64,000 bases of DNA. Origin: Nitrospira sp. (GTDB lineage Bacteria; Nitrospirota; Nitrospiria; Nitrospirales; Nitrospiraceae). The stretch lies in the NCBI GenBank assembly GCA_047150005.1, contig AP038806.1, forward strand, positions 800,001-864,000, in the 5' to 3' direction. The notes under the pieces are model-generated. The model did no database searches, had not been told where the DNA came from, and saw only the letters and a list, made by a program, of their open reading frames with translations. Shown here one piece after another: positions 50,610-60,963 of this stretch. Made by a program: the position numbers and the translations under genes. The number at the start of each line of letters is the position of its first letter. Position 1 is the stretch's first letter.

Positions 50610-52046
50610 ATGCCGTCCCGTCCCGCGCCGGTCGTGAGCGCGGGAATGCCCGCTGCAATGACGAGCCAGACCGCCAGAAAAACCATTCTGGTCCTGATTC
50701 ACGGATTCATCAGCGATCACCGCTGCTGGGATCCCTTGCGCCGCCTCCTCGAGACGGACGCCAGGATCGCCGAACGCTTCGAGGTCGAATGTTTCGACTA
50801 CCCCACGTCCCTCTTGGGGAAGGGTTCAGACCATGCCCACCCGAGTCTTCGGCAGGTCGCAGGCCAGTTGAGCGAGTTTTTGGGGCAGCCCCGCTTCGCC
50901 GGACACCCCCTCGTTCTCGTCGGGCACAGTCAAGGGGGCCTGGTCATCCAGGCCTACTTCGTGTTGTTGCTCGAAGCACGACAGGCACGGCAACTCTCCC
51001 GTGTCCGGCAAGCGATCTTCATCGCGACCCCCAACCTGGGGTCGGTCTTCCTCGATCGCACCAGACGGCTGACCGATCACGTGTTGAAGGTCTTGAGCGG
51101 ATCGTTCCTCCATCCTCAGGAACGTCTGTTGCGCGCGCTGCAACCGGAGATCATGGAGATTCAGAAACAGCTCCTGGGGAATATCGTGGCGGCCGGAAGC
51201 CATTCGGATCAGGCCTGTCCGATCCCTCTCCAGTGCTTCTACGGCTCGGCGGACCGCGTCGTCCTGGATGTGTCTGCTCAAAGCTTTTTTGCCCCGGACG
51301 TCTGCGTGCCCCTGCCGGCCGGGCACATGGACATCATCCGGCCCCGGAGCGCTGCGGACGAACGGTATGCCAAACTGACCGACGCCATTCTGCACCCGGT
51401 CGGACACGTCAATGTCGTCGAAGTGGAACGCTACGACACGATGCTGCGGGTCGAACCCTACGACGGACGGAAGGGTGTCGAGGTGTCGTACGGAACCAGT
51501 CGCCGCACCGTGTTGACCGACAACCGCGCCGTGCTGTCGCGCCGCATGGTGGTGTCCCGCAAGAACCGCTGCCGGAACAGCTGCGAAATTTCGTATCTGA
51601 CCAACGCGGAGGGATTCATCAGGCCGATTCCCGCCGAGCTGCTGGAGCGGCTGGAGCGAAAGGATCTGACCAGATACGAGAGTCAGGGCCGTGAATTCAA
51701 TTTCGTCTTCGCTCCCTGCGCCGGCGAGACCTACGACGTCACGCTCGAAATCCTCCGCGGATTCGAAGCGGGGGACCGGCAAGTCCATTTCCACCTGGGA
51801 CCGTCCTGCTATCATCAGTTGCTGACCTACAGCCTGGACCTCACGGCCTACGTCCAGGCCGGATACCGATTGACCGGGCCGCCTCGCCTGCATGTTGAAG
51901 AGGGCGAGACACACCGTTGCGAACAGATTTGGGCCTCGCCACCGCTGGAGCCCACCGCTTCGGACGGCCGCGGCAATTGGTACTGGGAGCTTCGTGACGT
52001 GCGCCAGGGAGCCGTAGGACTGGCCTGGGATCTGGATCAAGGATAA
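50610..52046 (+). CDS. Alpha/beta hydrolase (lipase-like) with an unknown C-terminal domain
   Basis: VLIHG, GHSQGG, IATPNLGS, D-VV and GH catalytic motifs in the first ~265 aa. Confidence 0.8.
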   Translation: MPSRPAPVVSAGMPAAMTSQTARKTILVLIHGFISDHRCWDPLRRLLETDARIAERFEVECFDYPTSLLGKGSDHAHPSLRQVAGQLSEFLGQPRFAGHPLVLVGHSQGGLVIQAYFVLLLEARQARQLSRVRQAIFIATPNLGSVFLDRTRRLTDHVLKVLSGSFLHPQERLLRALQPEIMEIQKQLLGNIVAAGSHSDQACPIPLQCFYGSADRVVLDVSAQSFFAPDVCVPLPAGHMDIIRPRSAADERYAKLTDAILHPVGHVNVVEVERYDTMLRVEPYDGRKGVEVSYGTSRRTVLTDNRAVLSRRMVVSRKNRCRNSCEISYLTNAEGFIRPIPAELLERLERKDLTRYESQGREFNFVFAPCAGETYDVTLEILRGFEAGDRQVHFHLGPSCYHQLLTYSLDLTAYVQAGYRLTGPPRLHVEEGETHRCEQIWASPPLEPTASDGRGNWYWELRDVRQGAVGLAWDLDQG

Positions 52047-52211
52047 GCCCTCATCTACGAGCGATCCCGCACAGGTCGCACTGTGCGAATGAGGTATCCT
52101 AGAGGCGAGCCGCCTAATTCGATCCTCGTGAACCGGGCAGGAGGGTGAAATTTTTCTCGATCTCACAATCGCTTTCGCGACGGTTCTTCCAAGCCTCCTC
52201 ATCCGGGAAGA

Positions 52212-52227
52212 CGGATCAAGACTTGCA
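52212..52227 (+). promoter_or_regulatory. Sigma54-like promoter upstream of microprotein A
   Basis: CGGATCAAGACTTGCA (GG-N10-GC, TTGCA); similar to 57351-57366. Confidence 0.5.
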
Positions 52228-52278
52228 GGGGGTTCTAGTGCTCAACGGCTCGGTTCAGGCCCATTCAGGAGGAAGAGC

Positions 52279-52377
52279 ATGAAAGCGCTGCTCGCCAAAT
52301 GCGGAGATCGAGGGTTGGCCTGGGTGATGATCGGCCTCTTCGCGCTTCTGGTCTTGGGGCTCAACCTGAACGGGTAG
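52279..52377 (+). CDS. 32-aa single-TM microprotein A (MKALLAKCGDRGLAWVMIGLFALLVLGLNLNG)
   Basis: AGGAGG RBS; same-length paralog at 57421; absent from the ORF track. Confidence 0.75.
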   Translation: MKALLAKCGDRGLAWVMIGLFALLVLGLNLNG

Positions 52378-52556
52378 TTCCTCCGGCTCCGCCGCTGGGC
52401 CATTCATCCTCGGAGCCGTCCTGCGTCCATACACCCCGCACCGATTGCTTCCCGATCACGGTCCCTTCCAACAGACCTGTTGACAGTACGGATGCCGCGC
52501 CGTAGCCTGCCTTGCTCGGGACCGGTCCCGCAGCCGCTTACGACTCCGCGACACAG

Positions 52557-54485
52557 ATGACCGATCGTTCCGGAATCACCCGCCGAGACTTTTTGAACGG
52601 AGCCCTCCTTGCGCTGGGTTCTACGTTGTTGCCCCCGTTGGCGCTGGGGAATGACCTAGACCGATGGCTGACCGACGACGACTATCCGCCGAGACGTACG
52701 GGACTGCGGGGCAACCATCCGGGAGCGCTCGAAACGGCTCATGCACTCGCCTGGACCGGAAAGCGCGACTGGGGAACGGTGACGGAACCCGATGGATCCG
52801 ACTATGACCTGGTGATCGTCGGCGCGGGGATCAGCGGGCTTGCGGCGGCCTGGTTCTACCGGCAGCAACAGGGTCCGCAGGCCAAGATCCTCCTGCTCGA
52901 AAACCACGATGATTTCGGCGGACATGCCAAACGGAACGAGTTCGTCGTCGACGGACAGATTCGCCTCTCCTACGGAGGCTCACAGACGATGCAGGCCCCC
53001 GGCCGATACAGCCGCACCACCGCCTCCCTCCTGCAGGACCTCGGCGTGAAGCTCGACCGGTTCGTGTCGGCATACGACATGACGTTTTTCCAGCGTCACG
53101 CGCTGCGCCCCGCCACCTTCTTCGAGGGCAAGACCTACGGCAAGGCGTCGTTGGTTCCGTACGCCTTGACCGATGTGAGCTGGGGAGTTCCCGGCATTGC
53201 GCGATCCACGCTGTCGCCCGAACAGGCCGTCGAGCGGATGCCGCTGGCGTCACGCGCGAAAGAGCAGCTCCTGCGGATCGTGACCGGCGGCGACGGAGCA
53301 TTGGACCGGGTCAGCGCGGAGGCTCGGTTCAGCTATGCTCGCACCACCCCCTACTTCACGTTTCTTCGCGAGCAGCTCCAGGTGGACGATCCGGACGTCT
53401 TCCGTGTGCTTCGAAGTCTGCCGGCCGAATACACCGGCCAGGGGGCCGATACGCTATCGACCCTGGAAGCGCTGGCGCTCGAGTTGCCCGGAATCACGGA
53501 GCGGGCGGTCGCCGATCGGACGCGCGCAAGATCCGGCCGTGTGACGCCGGATGAGACGGAGCCCTACATCCATCACTTCCCCGACGGCAACGCCTCGGTC
53601 GCTCGTCTTCTGGTCCGACGGTTGATTCCGCACGTCGCCCCCAGCTCGACGATGGACGATGTGGTGCTGGCTCCGTTCGACTACGGCCGGCTCGACCGCC
53701 CCAACGCCGCCGTAAGACTCCGATTGAACAGCACGGTCGTCCACGTCACTCACGAAGGACCTCCGCATCAGGCGGACCGCGTGTCGATCACCTATGTGCT
53801 CAAGAACCGCGCCTATCGCGTCCGGACCAAATACTGCGTGCTGGCCTGCTACAACATGATGATCCCGCATCTGGTTCCAGAGCTGCCGCAGGAGCAGAAA
53901 GACGCGCTCAGGCAGGCCGCGAAGGCTCCCTTGGTGTACAGCACCGTCTCGCTCAGAAACTGGCGCGCCATCCGCGAGGTGGGCCTCGGAGCGGCCGAGT
54001 GCCCCGGAAGCTTTCATCAGTCGGTGCTGCTGGATTATCCGATACGGATGGGCGGCTATGGATGGTCGGATGATCCGGCTCATCCGATGATTCTGACGAT
54101 GATCCATGTGCCGCTCGCCGATCACTACGGCACTCCGCCGCGCGAGCAGTTCCGGCAAGGCCGCGTCAAACTCTTCAGCATGCCCTTCGCGCAATTCGAA
54201 GCCGCCGTCAAGGAGCATCTCGACGGCATGTTGGGGCCGGGCGGATTCCATGCGGACCGCGATATTCAGGCCATCACGGTGAACCGGTGGGCCCATGGCT
54301 ATACCTACCAGGGCAGCGCGCTCTATGACCCGGATGTGACGGAGGAACGTGGTCCTCACATCGTGGGACGGCGCCCGCTGGGGCGCATCACGATCGCCAA
54401 TTCCGATGCCGGAGCCAGAGCCTATATGGATGCGGCGATCGACCAGGCCAGGCGGGCGGTCCGGGAACTGCCCGGATCGTCGTGA
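52557..54485 (+). CDS. Tat-exported FAD oxidoreductase, spermidine dehydrogenase (SpdH)-like
   Basis: ITRRDFLNG Tat motif; YPP--TGLRG-H-G, VGAGISGL, NHDDFGGHAKRNEF, HFPDGNAS, ITVNRW-HGY. Confidence 0.85.
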   Translation: MTDRSGITRRDFLNGALLALGSTLLPPLALGNDLDRWLTDDDYPPRRTGLRGNHPGALETAHALAWTGKRDWGTVTEPDGSDYDLVIVGAGISGLAAAWFYRQQQGPQAKILLLENHDDFGGHAKRNEFVVDGQIRLSYGGSQTMQAPGRYSRTTASLLQDLGVKLDRFVSAYDMTFFQRHALRPATFFEGKTYGKASLVPYALTDVSWGVPGIARSTLSPEQAVERMPLASRAKEQLLRIVTGGDGALDRVSAEARFSYARTTPYFTFLREQLQVDDPDVFRVLRSLPAEYTGQGADTLSTLEALALELPGITERAVADRTRARSGRVTPDETEPYIHHFPDGNASVARLLVRRLIPHVAPSSTMDDVVLAPFDYGRLDRPNAAVRLRLNSTVVHVTHEGPPHQADRVSITYVLKNRAYRVRTKYCVLACYNMMIPHLVPELPQEQKDALRQAAKAPLVYSTVSLRNWRAIREVGLGAAECPGSFHQSVLLDYPIRMGGYGWSDDPAHPMILTMIHVPLADHYGTPPREQFRQGRVKLFSMPFAQFEAAVKEHLDGMLGPGGFHADRDIQAITVNRWAHGYTYQGSALYDPDVTEERGPHIVGRRPLGRITIANSDAGARAYMDAAIDQARRAVRELPGSS

Positions 54486-55255
54486 AGACCTTCAGAACGA
54501 AAGGACGTCCGATGATCGATCCCTTGATGTTGCCCAGCGTCCTCCGACAGCGGCTGTCCCGTCGGGATGCGCTCGCCCTGCTGGGAAAGAATGTCGCCTG
54601 CCTGGCCACTGCGAGTCTTCTGTGGCCCCGGCGCGCCGCGGCAAGCGGTTCCGACCCGCTCTGCGTCGTCCGGCCGGCACAGACCGAAGGGCCGTATTTC
54701 GTCGATGAGCAACTGAACCGATCGGATATTCGCTCGGATCCGACGGAGGGAGCAATCAAGCCGGGAACGCCCCTGGCTCTTACGGTCGTAGTCTCCCGCA
54801 TCGGCGGCGGCACCTGTCGTCCTCTTGAAGGTGCGCACGTCGATATCTGGCATTGCGACGCCATGGGTCTGTACTCCGACGTGGAGGATCCGCGGTTCAA
54901 CACGACCGGCCACAAGTTTCTCCGCGGCTATCAGATCACCGATGCCAAGGGCGAAGCCAGATTTCTGACCATCTATCCCGGCTGGTACGAGGGACGGACG
55001 GTGCACATTCACGTCAAGGTCCGCACGGCTCCCATAGCGGGGAAGAGTTTTGAGTTTACATCGCAGATGTATTTCGACGACACGTTCACGGATCGCGTGT
55101 ATGCCGCCGCACCCTATGCGTCCAGAGGTCCGCGCACGGCCCGTAATCAGGATGACCGCATCTTCCGGCGCGGTGGCGACCAGCTCATACTGGCTCCGAC
55201 CCCGACGACCGCTGGGTATGCGGCCACGTTCGCGATCGGCCTTCAATTGTCTTGA
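54482..55255 (+). CDS. Tat-exported intradiol ring-cleavage dioxygenase family protein
   Basis: SRRDAL Tat motif; TEGPYF, VDIWHCDA-G-YS, TIYPGWY-GR-VHIH-KV. Confidence 0.88.
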   Translation: MKTFRTKGRPMIDPLMLPSVLRQRLSRRDALALLGKNVACLATASLLWPRRAAASGSDPLCVVRPAQTEGPYFVDEQLNRSDIRSDPTEGAIKPGTPLALTVVVSRIGGGTCRPLEGAHVDIWHCDAMGLYSDVEDPRFNTTGHKFLRGYQITDAKGEARFLTIYPGWYEGRTVHIHVKVRTAPIAGKSFEFTSQMYFDDTFTDRVYAAAPYASRGPRTARNQDDRIFRRGGDQLILAPTPTTAGYAATFAIGLQLS

Positions 55256-55387
55256 CGCGCCACGTAAGGATTCAGTTGCTGTTCAGCACAGGTCGGAGGA
55301 AGACCGGACTCATACCCAGAGAAAGAGTGGAGAATCTCTCTTTCCCGAACGCATGAGTCCGGTTTCCGACCGATTCATAACCTGGAC

Positions 55388-55891
55388 TCATCCGGCGGCA
55401 CCAGGGTCGTACACGTCATCAATCCAGTAGTCGCATCCTTGGATCTTGCAGGGCGGCCCCCCTTCATACGGCTTCTGCAACGTGTGGTCCGGTACACTCA
55501 TCGGCATCTGGTTTTCGATTCCCAGTTCGAGCCCCGACGTTGCAGTATCCGCGTCGGCAGGCTTCACCGCCAGCACGAAATTGTAGATCTCGTCAGCGGC
55601 GACATCGTTGATTCCGTGTTCCCGCGTACTCAGCATCTTGAGGAATCGGTCTGTCTCGGTTCTCACGCTTTGCTGATCATGGTTGGCCACTCCATCCCGA
55701 ATGACTTTCAGCTGCGCGAAATAGGGGTCGAAATTCGATGCAGGATAGGTGTTTTTTTCAAACGACATCATGGTCCAGATTTCTTCGACCCAGGGACCTG
55801 TGGCGAACGCGTGCACCGCGGAAACCAGGACGAATGCACAGGCCAGGAGCCACAACCGCGTGGCGGTTGTACCCGTAAGTTTGATGTTCAT
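55388..55891 (-). CDS. Hypothetical exported protein
   Basis: AAGGAGG RBS; signal peptide; C-terminal GPPC---GCDYW. Confidence 0.7.
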   Translation of the reverse strand: MNIKLTGTTATRLWLLACAFVLVSAVHAFATGPWVEEIWTMMSFEKNTYPASNFDPYFAQLKVIRDGVANHDQQSVRTETDRFLKMLSTREHGINDVAADEIYNFVLAVKPADADTATSGLELGIENQMPMSVPDHTLQKPYEGGPPCKIQGCDYWIDDVYDPGAAG

Positions 55892-56586
55892 GTCGGCCTC
55901 CTTTGCGTGTTCGGAGGATGTGCTCGAGTAGGCATGGTTCCCATGGCATGCGGAGCTGGCATCAAGTCCAACTCCGGGGCCGACGATGCGGCGGAGCCCG
56001 TGACCGGGAGGTCAAGACAGGTGGCACGCCCTCTTCCCTTCCTGAAGCACACAGCGATCACTTATGGTAGACGCGCGAGCACTTGGAGAGTATCGCCGAA
56101 AAGATGGATTTCACATACATCGATGGAGTGAGAGCCGCACGACATCTCCAGGCAGCAGGCGGCCTCTGACCGAAGGCATCTTAAAAGCGACGCGCACATT
56201 TGGCCTACAATCAATGACCGCGCAGCGACGTGACCGACAGGTCGGTCTCACACCGACCTCAACAACTCGCTTCGGTGGCTTGAATTCGGAGCAGCACTAC
56301 ATTTCTTCAATGCATCTTCCTCGGCTTTGCTCTTTGGAAGGATCTCCTTCTAGATCGGCGTCAAACCGATCAGGCTGAGCTCGAAATCTTTCAGTTCCGA
56401 TCCGGCCGCCTTGAGAAACTGAGCCGGCATCATGATCGCGTGATCATCCTTGGTCTAGTTCTCGTGCGTCTTCACATTCGATTTGGCCGCCCGCCCACAT
56501 CAGGATCCCGATCAGAATCGAGCGAATGGCCGCGCTCAGCGTGTGGGACCTCCGATTCCCCCGGACCAGCGCTCTCCGGCAGGGTT

Positions 56587-56961
56587 TCAGCAATCGTCAT
56601 GGGTCCACTCGCGGAGGGTCGCTTGCCGATCGAAACGCAACCTATATTGGTCGCAGTAACTTTCCCCCGGACCATTGAGGTCTCCTCCCGTGTTTGTCCA
56701 GACCTGGTAGCTCCACATTGTTTCGCCATTTGACAACGACTGAGCGACTTTCGGAACCCCCAGCCGCCGCTTGACTTCGCTTTGAGTGGCATGAATCCTC
56801 TGGGCTTTCTTCAGATAGATCACCTCCTCTTCTTCGAACAACGCGCACCCGGCCAGCAAGATCAATAGAGAGGCGATGGGCACGACGTTCCTATTGCTCC
56901 GCGGGGTGGGGCCATGTGTAGGACCCATCATCTGCTCCGGCCTACACGATCCATTCGACAT
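56587..56961 (-). CDS. Hypothetical lipoprotein (SmpA/BamE-like fold possible)
   Basis: LAGC lipobox; T--EV---LG-P...GET-W-Y...Y-L-FD. Confidence 0.6.
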   Translation of the reverse strand: MSNGSCRPEQMMGPTHGPTPRSNRNVVPIASLLILLAGCALFEEEEVIYLKKAQRIHATQSEVKRRLGVPKVAQSLSNGETMWSYQVWTNTGGDLNGPGESYCDQYRLRFDRQATLREWTHDDC

Positions 56962-57350
56962 GTTCGATTCCCATCGAAGCATGCAGGAGTGCGGGACTCC
57001 TGTGACCGACATTATAAAATTCCTCGTAGAAGTTTACGGATGAGATTTGATAATTAGGGCGCACACGTCACCAAAGAAGCCCCGCAAGCAGCGCGTGAAG
57101 AGGTTGTCCTTACGGAGGGCAAACCGACACTCGTGTTCCTTAGCGTGGCACCTCGATGCCCAGTCGGAAGGTGATCTGTCCCACCCAAGCTCATTGGAAA
57201 CGTGCGATCCCGTACATCTCGCACTGTGCGAAAAATCGATAGAGACGACTGACTCTCCCATTTTCTCGGACAACCGGCGTTCAACAAGAACTTTATCCAA
57301 TCCATCCGTGGCCTTATGGCCCATTCCTGAAGGATGGACGACCGGGCTGC

Positions 57351-57366
57351 CGGATCATGGATTGCA
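57351..57366 (+). promoter_or_regulatory. Sigma54-like promoter upstream of microprotein B
   Basis: CGGATCATGGATTGCA (GG-N10-GC, TTGCA). Confidence 0.5.
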
Positions 57367-57420
57367 TGTCCTTGGCGATATCCCACGTGGATGGGTGCCC
57401 AATAGCTGAGGAGTCCTCTT

Positions 57421-57519
57421 GTGAAAACGTGGTTTGGTAAGTGCGGCGATCGGGAATTGCTCGGGGTGATGATCGGACTCTTCGGCTTGTTCGTGATCGG
57501 GTTGAGCCTGAGCGGTTAG
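57421..57519 (+). CDS. 32-aa single-TM microprotein B (MKTWFGKCGDRELLGVMIGLFGLFVIGLSLSG)
   Basis: GAGGAG RBS and GTG start; paralog of 52279-52377. Confidence 0.75.
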   Translation: MKTWFGKCGDRELLGVMIGLFGLFVIGLSLSG

Positions 57520-57638
57520 CCGGAGACTCCCGCCCCCTCTTGCGTCGCTCTCACCGCCTGCCTGAGCGAGTCCGGCTACCCCGAATCGCTCATTGACTCC
57601 GCCCTTCGGAGTCCGTAGCCTGTCTCTCGTTGCCCCCC

Positions 57639-58922
57639 ATGCCCCGCAAGCAGATCGTGATCGTCGGAGGCGGATTCGGAGGCTTGACCGCCGCCAGGCA
57701 GCTCCGTCGTAGCGACGTCGTGCTCATCGATCGGACCAATCACCATCTCTTTCAACCTCTGCTCTATCAGGTAGCCACGGCCGCCTTGTCGCCGAGCGAC
57801 ATCGCCTGGCCCTTGCGCACCGTCTTTCGCTCCCAATCCAATGTGCGGGTGGTCATGGATGACGTGCTGTCGGTCGATCGAATCGGCCGGGTCGTGCATG
57901 TGCGGCACAGCCCGCCGATACCGTTTGAGGTGCTCATCCTGGCACCCGGCGCCCGGCACGCCTACTTCGGTCACGACGAGTGGGAGGCCTCGGCACCGGG
58001 CCTCAAGACGATGACCGATGCCGTGCTGCTGCGTCAAAACATGCTGCTGGCGTTCGAGGAAGCGGAACGACGGGCCGAGGCCGGCTCACGGGAGCCATTG
58101 GTCTTCGTCATCGTGGGCGGAGGACCGACGGGGGTGGAACTGGCCGGCGCGCTGGCGGAAATCGGACGCAAGGCGATGGGGCCGGATTTTCCCGCCTTGC
58201 ATCTCGACGACCTCTCGATCGTGCTGGTCGAAGGCGGCCCGCGTCTGCTCCCGGCATTCAGTCCCGATCTCTCGGCGAAGGCCGCCGCAGCCTTGATCCG
58301 CATGGGCGTCACCGTGCGGCTGAACAGTCCGGTCCGGGGAGTGGACCGCGGCAGCGTGACCGTCGGGGCGCAGGTATTGTCCGCCACAAACATCATCTGG
58401 GCCGCAGGCAACCGGGCGTCGCCCCTGCTCGGCACCGTCGGCGTCCCGCTGGATCCGTCCGGGCGGATCAAGGTGGAACCGGATTTGACGATTCCCGGAG
58501 ATCCTTGGATATTCGCCATCGGCGATGCGGCCCATTCTCCGGGCACAGACGGGCGACCGCTGCCGGGGCTCGCCCCCGTGGCGATGCAGCAGGGTCGCTA
58601 TGTGGCCGAACTGATCACGGGCGGGATGCTTCCCGAGCGGCGCCGGCCGTTTGTCTATCGGGACCGCGGCATGCTCGCCACCATCGGTCGCGCCAGGGCG
58701 GTGGCGCAACTCGGCCCGATCCATGTCGCCGGCGTCCTTGCCTGGCTGCTCTGGTGCCTGGTCCACATTTTCTTTCTGGTGGGATTCCGCAACCGTGTGC
58801 GTGTCATGTCGGAGTGGATATGGTTCTACCTGACGTTCAAACCGGGGGCTCGACTCCTGTTCGAACGGCCACACCGGTTCGAACAGGCGCACCAGGCGCC
58901 GCCAGGTGAGCGACCTTCGTAA
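57639..58922 (+). CDS. ndh: Type II NADH dehydrogenase (NDH-2)
   Basis: GGGFGG, HLFQPLLYQVAT, GGGPTGVELAG, WAAG, IGD, A-VA-QQG. Confidence 0.9.
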   Translation: MPRKQIVIVGGGFGGLTAARQLRRSDVVLIDRTNHHLFQPLLYQVATAALSPSDIAWPLRTVFRSQSNVRVVMDDVLSVDRIGRVVHVRHSPPIPFEVLILAPGARHAYFGHDEWEASAPGLKTMTDAVLLRQNMLLAFEEAERRAEAGSREPLVFVIVGGGPTGVELAGALAEIGRKAMGPDFPALHLDDLSIVLVEGGPRLLPAFSPDLSAKAAAALIRMGVTVRLNSPVRGVDRGSVTVGAQVLSATNIIWAAGNRASPLLGTVGVPLDPSGRIKVEPDLTIPGDPWIFAIGDAAHSPGTDGRPLPGLAPVAMQQGRYVAELITGGMLPERRRPFVYRDRGMLATIGRARAVAQLGPIHVAGVLAWLLWCLVHIFFLVGFRNRVRVMSEWIWFYLTFKPGARLLFERPHRFEQAHQAPPGERPS

Positions 58923-58955
58923 CCGTGGCGGGCGGAGCAGCGCTACGCGCCAGCG

Positions 58956-59702
58956 TCAATTGGGTCGGAAGAGATCAGGATGCTCGGCCTCCCGGCCCGA
59001 GTGCATGCCCACGCCAACCAAAGACTGAAAGGGGGCGTTCAGGGAGGCGCGTTCCGCCTCGCTTCCACGAGTGACATCCAATAAGAGACTCTGTTGGGCG
59101 CGAAGCAGACTCTGCAAGCGCACGACGCGCGCAGCCACACGCGAGAGTTCCTCCTCTTCCGCACGCAGCTGCTCGACCAGCTGGGCGTGCGATCGTGCCA
59201 GTTCACGGCGAAACGACTGCTTCGCTTCAGAAGGCTGCAGGAAATGGAAGCCTCCGTACAGATCGAAGCGCGCCATAGAAAATCCCGAGGTCGGCGCATA
59301 GTCCGAACGCTTCTCCGCCCGCCGCCGAAACCGCTGAACCATCCTGCAAGCGACATCCTGTGCCATCCCGAGCCCGCGTTGTCCGGCAACCGCCAAACCC
59401 TGTCCCAACCAGACCGCTCCGCGCACGCCCGAATCTTTCAGTATGATTCCACACCGTCTCATTCGCGCCCCGAGGTCGACGCGCCGGAGGCCGTGGAGAG
59501 AAGCCTGCCAAGCGGCTCGGCTTTGCCGGCCCAGCCAGACCGCGAAGGCATGACATCCGCTTTCGCAAGCCCGCACGGCTTGCCAACACCATTTCCTCAG
59601 AGGGGACGGACGCAACGAAGAGGGATATTTGACCTGCAATCCTCCGGGCCTGATTCGGAGTTGCTTGATGGGTTGAGGTCTGGAGCCGACCCGATGGTTC
59701 AT
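58956..59702 (-). CDS. Hypothetical protein with a C-terminal coiled coil
   Basis: GGAGG RBS; heptad-like C-terminal region; no recognised family. Confidence 0.45.
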   Translation of the reverse strand: MNHRVGSRPQPIKQLRIRPGGLQVKYPSSLRPSPLRKWCWQAVRACESGCHAFAVWLGRQSRAAWQASLHGLRRVDLGARMRRCGIILKDSGVRGAVWLGQGLAVAGQRGLGMAQDVACRMVQRFRRRAEKRSDYAPTSGFSMARFDLYGGFHFLQPSEAKQSFRRELARSHAQLVEQLRAEEEELSRVAARVVRLQSLLRAQQSLLLDVTRGSEAERASLNAPFQSLVGVGMHSGREAEHPDLFRPN

Positions 59703-60300
59703 GCGGCACCTCCAAAATAGTAGATCGTCAGCATGAGCAATCAGCCTTCGAGTGATGTAAATGCACCGGCGGGCCCGCCTAGACTGTGGAGAAACCGCCC
59801 TGGGTTCGGCGCATGGCGCAACCCTGACAATCTCAATCCACCTACTACGAGAATCGGAAGCGAGGCGTGCGCCTCACCGGAGAACGGACATCAACGGAAC
59901 GGATGCCTCCACGGAGGATCGCATCCATGTCGATAGGCTGGATACATGAGCAGACCGGACGAGACCGTTTGACATCCGGCAACTTGCGGCAACGCTGTCC
60001 AACCTCCTGTGTCCATAGGGTATGTCTACCGATCACCGATCAAATAGTCAATGGGGCTCGGGTCCTCCCTCCTTCCAGACCAGGCGAAGTATACGGGCGG
60101 GGCCTCTGACCGACAGAGGCCGTCCGAGCCTCCCAGCCGCGGAAAAATGAGCGACTTCGCTCTCCGAGCACTGTGCAGGACCGAAACACGTGCATTTCCC
60201 CTTGGAGCATGGTCGCCGATCCGGCTGCGCAAGCCGCGTATTTCCTGAGGATTCGTAACGTGCGACCGCACGCATCAATATCCCAAGACGCCCATGCGAC

Positions 60301-60316
60301 GGGAACGGGACTTGCT
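60301..60316 (+). promoter_or_regulatory. Sigma54-like promoter candidate
   Basis: GGGAACGGGACTTGCT (GG-N10-GC) 85 bp upstream of 60401. Confidence 0.45.
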
Positions 60317-60400
60317 CTAACGCAAGACCTCGTGAGTTCACGTGCCCCCCGTACTCAACCGCACGATCGAACGCCTCTCTTCAACGAGAAGGAGGACCCC

Positions 60401-60619
60401 ATGCAGGTCGCACGACTAGCCGTTGACCAGATCCTCGAAGCGGTGAGCGAATATCCTGATTGCACGCTGGATGAGTTGGTCCAACGTCTTCCGGACTTTC
60501 ACTGGTCGGACATCTTTCTCCAAGTCGATCAGCTGAGTCGTACCGGCCGGTTGCGGTTGACCAGGACCGGGTCGGGATTCGTCACCACGCTCCGTGTGTC
60601 GGCACCGCAGTCCGCGTAA
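60401..60619 (+). CDS. Small winged-helix-like protein, paralog of 14063-14302
   Basis: AAGGAGG RBS; C-LDEL---LP---W--IF--VD-LSR-G. Confidence 0.7.
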   Translation: MQVARLAVDQILEAVSEYPDCTLDELVQRLPDFHWSDIFLQVDQLSRTGRLRLTRTGSGFVTTLRVSAPQSA

Positions 60620-60963
60620 GCACGTTCGCGAACCGGCGCGAATATGAGATGGAAACCGGTGGAGGCGCTGGCGGCAGTTGCCCCTGTCGACCAGCATTGA
60701 TCTCTCCGTTCTTCCTGGGAGAGACCTCCACCGCATCCTCATCCTCTCCGTTCCAGCCTTACGGCGCTCGTCGCTTGCCTCCGTACCGCGAGACCGTAGG
60801 CCGGGGACCCTGTCCGCATCACCGGAATGCCCGTCGCGCACCACCTCGGGTCGGCCTGCTGTTCGGGCTTCGCCCGGAAGAATGAGGCTTGAGCTTTTTC
60901 ACATGAGCAGGTACCATCCCGCCGATCGGCTTTACTTATCCACGCAGCAGGGAGGAGACGGGC

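Noticed and set aside
52279..52377. Microproteins as CydX
   Set aside because: No MWYF-W motif, and they lie more than 12 kb from cydAB
57144..57160. TGGCACCTCGATGC as a sigma54 promoter (also TGGCATGGATTGC near 4263)
   Set aside because: GG-to-GC spacing is 9 and 8 nt rather than the required 10
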